In this document: piece after piece, positions 13,801 through 22,641 of the stretch
How the letters are laid out: every line of letters begins with the position of its first letter
Position numbering within the stretch: position 1 is the stretch's first letter
Origin: Chrysochromulina tobinii
Lineage: Eukaryota
Assembly: GCA_001275005.1 (NCBI GenBank)
Contig: JWZX01003347.1
Coordinates: 1 to 49,306, forward strand
Length of the DNA stretch: 49,306 bases
Reading direction: 5' to 3'
Made by a program: the position numbers and the translations under genes
Notes under the pieces: model-generated
What the model saw: only the letters and a program-made list of their open reading frames with translations
What the model was told of the DNA's origin: nothing
Databases searched by the model: none

Positions 13801-16800
13801 TGAGCTGCTGCGACGAGTTCGCAATAATGCGCCGCTCAATCCCCCAGTTGGTCCACGAGAGCGCGGCGGCCACGGCCGCGCTGGCGTCGACCATGCCGAA
13901 GCCGTACTTGATGTTGTGGATGAAGCCGGCCGCGTTCGTGGTCCAGAGGGAGCTAGTGGGGTCGTTTCGGCTCGTCGTCGCCGCGAGGATCCCCGTGCAC
14001 GTCGCGCCAGCCGAGCAGCGGATTGGCTTGGAGCATGAGCGCGACCACGCCCGAGACGACGGGGCATGCATACGAAGTTCCCTGCCCCTGCTCGGCACAG
14101 CCGCCGCCTGTTGCCGCGACGTGCCAGCTGTTGCTGTGCTGAGTTGCGTCGCCGCCCGGCGCGGAGATGAAGAGCGACGAGCCCGTCACCGAGTAATACG
14201 AGTGCAAGCCGAGCTTGTCGGTGGCGCCGACGGTGATTGTGAAGCGCGAGTGCAAGTACTGCTCCATGTTGACGTCCTCACCTTGGGCGTTCTCGTTGCC
14301 TGACGACATGACGTACACGATGCCACGCCCGCTCCGCCCCTCGAGGACGCCACGCTGCAGGGTCCGTTTGGTCGCCCAGGGCAGGTGCGTGTACGCGCAT
14401 GTCATCCAGAGGTGCGTCCACGAGGCGCACTCGCCGTCCGCGTCATAGTTGGACACGTCCTGGCAGTAGGTCGAGATGACTGCTTCGCACGTGCTCAGCG
14501 GCGACGTCCAGCTGGCCCCAGGGCACTCGGAAGCGCTGCACGGGCTGGTGCCCGAGGCGGCCGTGGCCGCGAAGGGGCACCCCTGCAGCTGGCGCTGCCG
14601 GAGCTTGCGCCGCCCGGAGCTAGCGAGGGCTGTGCACGGGTCGATCCCCCACGAGTTGGATGAAATGTGGTTTCGGGCCATGTTGCCGATTAACATATTC
14701 GTGACGGTGTTGCCGTTCATTCCGCACTTGGACAGTGTCGCACCATACGCGACGCCGCGAGAGCACTGGTCGTTGCCGGCCGCGAGCGCGATCGCAGCCA
14801 CGGTAGTACCGTGGCTGCCGGTGGTGTGCGTCGGGCACGACCCCAACGCATCATACTTGCCCGAAAAATCCGGGTGCGTCTCATCGGGCCCATCGTCGAC
14901 AATGTTGATCGTCACGCCAGCACCAGTGTAGCCTGCTGCCCAGGCGGGCTGCAGGTTGATCAGAGTGTGCGCCCAGGCGTTTGTCTCGTAGTAAGGGTCG
15001 GTGACGTTCGACGCCACGCAGCCGCTGCTGTACGTCCAAACATCGTGCGGGCAGAGGACACGATCTCCAGGCAACATCGTGCTGGTCTCCATCGGACCAG
15101 TCGCACACAGCGCGCCCGCGGCGCACCACGCGTTGGCGGATTGGTCGGCCATGCAGCTGCTGCACGTGTAGAATCCGGATCTGAAGGTCAGCTGCCGTCT
15201 GTGAAGGTCGAAGAAGTTGGCGGCGGAAGCGCCGTCCTCGAAGAGTCTACGAGGATTCGACGTGATGTTGGTCGAGGTGCCGCTGGCTGCCGCGACGGTG
15301 GCGACTGGCGTGGCGGCAGTCCGCTGGAAGACAGGGGCCGAGAATCCGAACGAGATGGCAGAGATCGTCGCGGGCACGTTGGCGGTTGCAGCCGGCTGGG
15401 TTGTGGCGACGGTGGGCACGGGACGGGCCGCGGTGACGGTGAACTTACCGGACGGCGCCCAAAAGGCGCAGCCGGTGGTAGTCTGACCAGGGACCTTGGC
15501 CATGTCGGCGACGACACGAATCTGGGCCACGGTTGAGCCGACCAGACTCGTCGGGAGCACGACGTATGCCGAGCCTTCTCCCTTGTTGTTGAGCTTGACG
15601 AGGTGCTGGGATCGGACGAGGTCCGTCCAAGCGAGTCCTCCGTTGGTCGTCACTTCGAAGGTGAACTTGGCGCCCTTGACATCGTCCAGCCCGGGGCTCG
15701 CCGCCGGGTTTTTATAGCCATCGAGCTTAAAGGTGACGAGGGTGATCCCCGCGGGCACGGACGCGCCAGCGGCGGGCTGCTCGACGAGCATGGGCCCCAA
15801 GTCGACGACATTGACCTTGGTGATCGCGGCGTGCCAACTTCCATACGTGAGGTCTTGGCTGGCATTCGTGGGCTTTGCCGCCATGTAGTTGTCACGGACG
15901 GTCATGGCGAAGTGGATGTCTCGGGCCGTGAAGGGGAGCCTCTCCCCTGGCCAGAACGCCGACCCTCCGGGGACGACGATGGCCGCCGTCATGTTCGGGA
16001 AATTGCGCAGGAAGCCATGCGGCGAGGGGGAGACGGACCGAAAGAGGGGGCCCTTCCTGAAACCGATCGACATCGACTCTGCAAACTCCGCCGGGTCGAC
16101 TTGCTCCTAACTTGCTCCCAGGTGTAGGCGAGCACATCGGCCGCGTTCGGGTCGGTGCCCGAGCCTTGCAGGAAGAAGGGAGTGCTCTTAGGGATGGCAC
16201 ACGTCGCGGGCACGTTGGCGGTGGGCCGTTGGTTCGCGATCACGGTCCTGGTGCCGCACTGCTGCAGGTTCATGTCGTCGTTCAGTCGAACGTTGGCCTG
16301 GAAGTACTTCTCCTGGAACTCGTTCAAGTTGTAGACGTGGAAGTAGGGATCCGAGCGCATCTGAATGTTGTCGTCATCGCAGATCCCAGCATAGGTGACG
16401 AGCGTAGAGCCTGCGCCAATCTCCATCGCGGACGCGGCCATGAAATTGGAAGGCGAGCAGCTCGACCCTTTGCCGGACCATGTGTGAGACGTCCCGAACT
16501 GATGAGAGAACTCATGTGCGACGAAATCCACATCGTAACCATCGCCGACGGGGACTTTGCCGGCGGTGGCGCCGTTTGCCTTCGCGCTGAAGATTGGTTT
16601 CTCACCAGACCAGAACCCCGTCACCGGATCCTTGGTCCAGTGGGGAGACTGCCTGCATGGGTACATGCCGCCCATTCCTGGGAGATGCGTGGGAGATGCG
16701 TGGGAAGGTGTGGGAAGGTGCGGGGGCATGCGATGGGAGGCGCTCGAGGAGTTGGGGGGGAGATGGGGGTGAGATGTGGGGTAGGCCGCACCTGAGTCCA

Positions 16801-18250
16801 TGCCCACATGGAACATATGGCCGAGGTCGTAATCGGTCCGATTGACTCCCGTGGGGGTTGCGGTCTTCTTTGACTCAGGAGATGAGGGGTCGCCGATGAA
16901 CTCAATGAACCACTCGCCGTCGTTCATAAAGGCCTCGTTATTTCCGTTGGGCAGCCCGACTTGGTTGCTGGCTGACCATTTGGGGTAGTGAAGCAGCATA
17001 CCTTGCTTATCGATCATCACCATGTTGAGCCCCATCTCGCGACGCCAGATGCCGTTCGAGCGCGTGCAGGTGTTGACGATCGTTGCGAGCGCCGCCTCCT
17101 TGCACTTGGTCGCATCGCACGGATCAGTGTTGCCCTCGGTGTTCTCCTTGCACGGCGGGCAGCCACTATGGCCTGGCCAGCGGTACGGGATCGTGCACAT
17201 ACCGTTGTTACATACCTGAGGCAGGGTGGGAGTGTGAGGGTGGGGGCGAGCGTGAGGGCGAGCGTAAGGGCAAGGGGTGAGGATGAGTGAGGGTGGACCG
17301 AACGAAAGCGGCCGCGGCGGGTAGCGTCACGCCCCGGGGGAGGCGACCGGCGGTGCGCGCGCGCTGAGCAGCCGACGTGAGCGTCAAGGAGGGTGTTGAA
17401 TGTGAGGCTGAGATGGCAGCCAGACTGGAGCATGGCGCACCGAGGGGGTCACCATGCCGAAGACGTACTCAAAGCTGACCGCGACAGCCATCCGGAGCGT
17501 GCGAATGGTCTGATTCCCCTCAGGTGGGGGGTGTGTAACGGTCCAGATCGGATTGAAGGGCGCCGCCTGAAGCCGCCGCCCGTCGTGAACATCTCCCTCC
17601 GTTGTGAACGTCTCTGCGAGCCGGCGCCCATCGTGCACGTCTTCAGAGATCTTGGTGAACGTGCGCACCCCCGGCTCGCCCCGCTTGTTGGAGCTGTGGT
17701 AGACGGTGTACAAGTCCGTACGGCTGTGGGTGTGAGGGTCGATGTGGCACCGCCCCAGGTTCGGCTCGCCCTCGGCGCCCCCAATCCAAATTTGGCCGCG
17801 CACGCCTTGGATGGAGACGGTCAGGTCAGCGGTGTGGGCCGACCGATCGGCAGGAGGGGAGACCTCGACTCCGTGATAGGAGCGGATCCTGGGGAACTCG
17901 GCCTCGAGGCCGGCCGGCATGACGGGCGACTTGGTGAGTTTGAACGTGGCGGCACCACCGCCCAGGCAAAGAGGAAGGGAGATCTCCGAGCCCTCGACGA
18001 TCCCGAGCGCCGCTCCATCAAACACGAAGTTCTCATTGTCCTCGAGGTGCCGCCGCTTCAGCTCGGGGTGACTCAGGTGGAGCGAAACGAGCCGCACCGT
18101 GTCCGAGGGTGCCCGACGAACATACGCGTCGCCCACCTCGTTGCTCAAGTGACGCCCATGGAGCGGCGCATCGGTCACATCGGTCCAGTGGATACTCGGC
18201 CGAAGCTCTGGCAGTGCAAACGCCGCTGCGACGAGAAGAGCGAAGATCAT
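7855..18250 (-). CDS. ~2,900-aa secreted type-I membrane multi-enzyme protein: signal peptide, reprolysin-like M12B Zn-metalloprotease, kexin/furin-like S8 protease + P domain, FAD amine oxidase, Big_5/SbsA-like Ig domains, Cys-rich module, TM helix
   Basis: Manually spliced exons: 18250-17453, 17215-16792, 16677-11765 (with an 11-nt duplication at ~16100-16119 and an extra G at 13991-13994), 11651-11525, 11422-11298, 11203-10328, 10222-10132, 10008-9393, 8988-8913, 8650-8372, 8247-7855. All junction phases match and the total is 8706 nt after removing those 12 nt. N-terminus MIFALLVAAAFA; C-terminal TM LALPLGLGLGLGLGGCLVLSALYVLI followed by KRRK. Confidence 0.75.
11190..12920 (-). other. Flavin-containing amine oxidase (polyamine oxidase-like) domain of the polyprotein
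   Basis: VVVVGAGTSGLAAAR (GxGxxG), LEAGTRIGGR, DMGASWIHG, ADYVIITIPLGVLK, LGFGNVVKIALLF, W..NPLAKGAYTY, RLFFAGEHT...GTVHGAFQTG, spanning three introns. Confidence 0.92.
12956..13210 (-). repeat. 114-nt coding tandem repeat (Pro/Ser-rich linker, 2+ copies)
   Basis: PPSPSPSSSPPSLAPPDALGDMGSGEAPSPSHLPPLS duplicated nearly identically between the P domain and the oxidase. Confidence 0.9.
13310..13830 (-). other. Proprotein-convertase P domain of the polyprotein
   Basis: IEWIEIFVNLNHSSRGDLQLELTSPSGTHSVL ... WKMTSVRSWGESPVGTWTLAIRD ... SWNLLIYG, with a Cys-rich insert. Confidence 0.9.
13860..15010 (-). other. Subtilisin/kexin-like S8 serine protease domain of the polyprotein
   Basis: Catalytic Asp (IVDDG), His (HGTTVA), oxyanion Asn (SSGNE) and Ser (GTSYACPVVSG), plus SNSWG, EGRSGRG, WRDVHG and YGFGMVDA, typical of kexin/furin proprotein convertases. 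Confidence 0.92.
15850..17510 (-). other. Reprolysin-like (M12B, bacterial type) zinc metallopeptidase domain of the polyprotein
   Basis: YDLGHMF; YDVDFVAHEFSHQFGTSHT (HExxHxxGxxH); MEIGAGSTLVTYAGIC..NIQ..SDPYFH; IPKSTPFFLQGSGTD..YTWEQ; GPLFRS; MTVRDN. The prodomain lies in exon 18250-17453. Confidence 0.9.
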
Positions 18251-18867
18251 TTGACCTGCGCGAGAGGCGCAGACGTGCGCGCGTGAGGAAGTGCACGGCG
18301 CCAACCGGTGGGAGACCTGCCCAGGGCCTAGCTCGGCGCCCGACGCAGGCCCATGGGCGCGCATTACAGTCAACAACTGATGAATTGCAACTGACGCAAG
18401 TGACACGTGCGAAACTTCGGGATTTCATTTCGTCGAAAAATGTCTTGAGATCAAACCCGAGATTTTGAAAAAATCTTCCGTCAAAAGGAGACAAGAAATG
18501 GTCCCAAACCACAATCTTATCTCGACAGACTTGCCGAGGCTGGCTGCCGAGGTGAGCCAGCCGTAAACGGCTAACCCCCCAGCCCGGCAGAAGCCGAGGA
18601 ACACAAGTACAAGAAAAGTGAATTTTCAACACAATGGCACCCAGTGGACGACGAGAAAAGACAATTTCTCGTGGCCAACCAAATATTAATAACGGGCAAG
18701 ATGCATGTCGTAGAACGCAAACCACATTTCGTCGCATGCATTCCGTTGACGAACACGCAAAGAAAATACATGAACGCCAAAAAAGAGTTTGCAGAAGGTC
18801 GTGGCCGGCCCGGGGCTGCTCCCTGCCCTTGTTGGACCTGAACTTTCGCTGTCATTAGGTACTCCGC

Positions 18868-21800
18868 ATGGCCGATGCTGTCGCGGAGTATGAGATTCGG
18901 AGGCGTGCTCCCCGCATGGCCTGGAACGACGAGACGCTCAAGCTCAAGGCGGCGTCCAAGTCGGCGCGGGAAGTGGCGGCTCTCAAGGACGTCGACGGTG
19001 CCAAGCAACTACATGTACAGCTACAGCAGGTGCTACAGAGGGACCCGTTCGCCGCACTTGGTGAGCTCTCGCAGCGCCTCTTCGGAACGTTTGGCAGTCC
19101 CGAGACGCCACCGACGCCAATTCCCAATATCGAAGTCGGTGGCAGAGGAGGAGGAGGCGTCGGCGCTGGCGCGTGGCGGCCAGTGACTCACCCCAAAGGC
19201 ACACGTGAGCCCGCTCGTGAGTTCTTAGCTTGGCTACGAGCGCACAATCTCGAGCTCAACGAGATCCTCTCCGACGACTGTGGCGTTCATGCTCGCGTGG
19301 TGCCTCGCGGCGAAACCACGCACCACCCTGCTGTCGACGCCCGAAACGACGCCCGAAACGACGCCCGAAACGACGCCCGAAACGACGCCTGCGCTACCAT
19401 TGGTGACCACAAACTCCCTCGGCCCGCGGCATCCATCTCGTCACCGGCGGCATCGATCTCGTCCCCAACCACGGGGCTCGCTCCCCATCGGCTGACCCTC
19501 CCGAGACTGCCCTCTTCAGGGCCGTCGACGAGCTGCTCCATTAAGTCTCCGCCCGCCGCAGGAGAGCCCAACACGACGCTCCACCCCGGCACGCCGTCAC
19601 CGCCGCCCAGCCAGTGGTCGGGAGACAAGCCGAATGGCACGCCGCCATCACCGCCCAGCCAGTGGTCGGGAGACAAGCCGAATGGCACGCCGCCGTCACC
19701 GCCCAGCCAGTGGTCGGTCCAGAGACCAAATGGGCATTCAAATGGGCCGAGAAAGGGCGCGAGCGCACACACGGACGCGGGCCGCTCGCCTCAGGCGTCC
19801 CGCCGAGCGAACGGCTCCGAGGGGCGCATGCAAGTGCCCAGCACGGCGCCCGCAGGCTCCGAGCGCCCGCGACGCATGCAAGTGCCCAGCACGGCGCCCG
19901 AAGGCTCAGAGCGCATGCAACGCCTCGACTTCGAGACGCTCGAGCTCTTAGAGGCACGCCAGGGAGGCACGCTCGCGCTCGACTCGCGCCGAAATCCGAC
20001 CAGCTCGTCGACGGAGCGCCTGCCGTCGATGCAGCTCAGCAGCACTCCGATAGAGCGGGGGCTCCCGCTCGATGCACCTGATGAGGGACGCAATCAGATG
20101 CAATCAGAGGTCATCAGATGCAATCAGTGGTCATCAGAGCGGGGGCTCCTCGGGCAGCTCCTCGGTGCCTCGCGGCTCACGCCCGCCGCGCACTACGTCG
20201 AGGCGGCCGCGGCGATACGTGGCACAGTGGACGGCGAGCGTGCGCGGATGAGCGCCGTTTGGTCACAACTCGACCTTCGTACGCTCGCCGCGCCTCGCCG
20301 CGCATACAGCGCGCGCTCTCCTCCCCATAGTGCTCTCTCCTCCCCTCCGTGCTCGCTCCCCCGAGCGCGCGTGCCTTACCCCATCCCCCGGCGGTCGCCT
20401 GATGAGGGATACAATCCGAGCTCATCATCATATCTCATCAGTGGCAATCAGGCCTCCTTGCCCCCGGCGGTCGCGCGACTGACCGCCGATTGCTTGACTG
20501 TGCGCTGCGCCGTGCCGGCAGGCGTGGGGCTCGCCATCCTCGAGCGCCAGCTCAAGCCCAAGGATCTCGTCCAGCTCTGGGACAAGAAGGGCAAGGGCGG
20601 GGTGAGCAAGGTCGAATTTCGTCAAGGCCTCATCCACAGCCTGGGGATCAGCGCGGAGATGAGGGCGGCCGACATTCTCTTTGACCAGCTCGACGATGAC
20701 GGCGGCGGCACTCTCGACTTGGGAGAGTTGGACTTGGCGCTGCGAAAGGTACTTGACGAGGCGGCGACGCGAGAGGAGAGCGAGGCGCATGCAAGTGCTC
20801 ACCACACGGCACCTCGTGTCCGCAGGTACGCGACAAGGCGGCGAAGCTACGGGCGAGCGAGGCGCATGCAAGTGCTCACCACGGCGCCTCGTGTCCGCAG
20901 GTACGCGACAAGGCGGCGAAGCTACGGGCGAGCGAGGCGCATGCAAGTGCTCACCACGGCGCCTCGTGTCCGCAGGTACGCGACAAGGCGGCGAAGCTAC
21001 GGGCGAGCGAGGCGCATCTCGGCGCGGTGGAGGCGGCGTGGATGGCGCAATTGACGAAGCTCGAGACGATTGCCAGCGCGACCAAGAGTGCGGTGCGGGC
21101 TCTAGAGGTCGCAGCCGCGTTGGGTGTGACGGCCGCTTCCATGGAAGATGCAGTCGCGGCGTTCACACAGGGGCCATCCGAGGGCGAGAAGGAGAGAGAA
21201 GGGGCGGCGAAGGTCGGAGCGACCATGCGGCCGATGAGCGAGCGCGCGCTGTGGAGAGACGCAGCTTCACCAGCAGAAGCGGCCGCGACCGCGGCGGCCG
21301 CCTTGACGCTGGCCCTGCAGTTGCAGCAATCTCTTGCAGAGGAGGAGGCGGAGCGCGCACGGTCCTCGATCCTCGCGCGCGAGGAGGCCGAGAGGCGGCG
21401 GCGCGAGCTCGAGGTGCTCGAGGCCTTCGACCGCACGCCCGTGCTGCCGTCGCTCGAGCTGCAAGGCCGGCTCGACGCGCTCGATATGGAAGTGCACGAG
21501 CTCAGCCGCGCGCCGCCGATCGCGCCGAGCTCCAACGCCGATACGAAAGTCGGGCAGGCGCTGGCCCAGAAGAATCTCATGACGCCAAAGGAAGTGGCCA
21601 AGGCTTGGGACTCCAAGGGGCGGGGGGAAGTCGGCCGGCTCGACTTCCGACTGGGGATTAAGGCGCTTGGGGTCAAACTCGACGAGAAGGAGGTGGACAG
21701 GCTGTTTGGCAGCCTCGACGCGGACGGTACCGGCGCCCTCGACGTGGCTGAATTGCACGAAGCCCTCCGGGTGCTGCGCGAGGCTGCTATGGAGGCTGAG

Positions 21801-22400
21801 GAGGCGCCGAAGCGACGGCTTGCGAGGCAACTGCGTCTCACACAGCACCGTACAGTCCTCGCGCAGGTGCTCAGGGTCACCGCTGAGGCCGAGGCGGCGG
21901 CGGCTGCAGAGGCCGCCGCCGCCGCTGCGTCGGCGTCGGCGGCGGCGGCGGCGGCGGCGGCTCAACGGGCGCCTTCGTGGACCAAAAGACCGAACTCCCC
22001 GGCTGCTGCTGCTGCTGGGTCGGGCGCCACGACGAGCGCCCCGTCGGAAGGGAAGCTCAAGGCGACAGCTGCGACGGAGCGGCGGCGGGACGCGATTCGG
22101 GCCCAGATGGTACTGGCCGATGCGGAGCGGGAGCTCGTCGCAGCACACGAGCGCGCGGACGCGGACGCGGACGCGGAGCGCGCGCGCTGGCGACACAACA
22201 GCCCTACCGGTACCAAGTCGACTAGCGTCCTCGTGAGCGCCGCGAGCGTGCTGACCAAAGGGCTGGGCAAGGGGCTGGGCAAGGGGCCGAACACGACCAC
22301 GTTGATGCCTAGCGCCAGCCCAAGCTCAGTTCGGAGCTTGTTGAGTGGCGCTGCGGCTGCGGGTGGGGCGAAGAAGAACGCTATGGAGGTTTCGATCTGA
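18868..22400 (+). CDS. EF-hand calcium-binding protein (two EF-hand pairs, Pro/Ser-rich N-terminus, coiled coils), spliced
   Basis: ORF 18868-21054 has WDKKGKGGVSKVEF and LDDDGGGTLDLGEL; ORF 21027-22400 has WDSKGRGEVGRLDF and LDADGTGALDVAEL. They join through an acceptor at 20975 (VRDKAAKLRASEAHLGAV in frame). Confidence 0.75.
19588..19735 (+). repeat. 48-nt coding tandem repeat x3
   Basis: GTPPSPPSQWSGDKPN repeated. A (CGCCCGAAACGA)4 tract also lies at ~19337-19390. Confidence 0.9.
20779..21017 (+). repeat. 75-nt tandem repeat x3 (36-nt exon-like part + 39-nt intron-like part containing the GCATGCAAGTGCTCACCACGGCGCC motif)
   Basis: Unit GTACGCGACAAGGCGGCGAAGCTACGGGCGAGCGAG + GCGCATGCAAGTGCTCACCACGGCGCCTCGTGTCCGCAG read directly. 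Confidence 0.9.
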
Positions 22401-22641
22401 AGGGGTTTTGGACAGGGGCGGTGCGATCAAGGAGTCCAGATCCCGCGGTTTGCTTCCGTGGGGAACGAAATGCTGTGGGTGCGTGCCTTGCCGAGAGCAG
22501 CGAGCGAGCCATACAAAGACGCGGTAGCTTGCTCACACTCACTCTCACTAACTCACTCACTCACTCAGCTTGCATGCAAATCATAATTCGAAACGTCTTC
22601 GCAAACTGAAGCCTCTCTCTCGTTCCCCATCTTCGAGAGGG

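Noticed and set aside
20086..20140. CTGATGAG hammerhead-ribozyme core (also at 20399)
   Set aside because: There is no downstream GAAA core or compatible stems; it is the head of the decamer satellite.
20779..21017. CRISPR-like regularly spaced repeats
   Set aside because: The units are identical end to end with no unique spacers, they lie inside a eukaryotic gene, and there are no cas genes.
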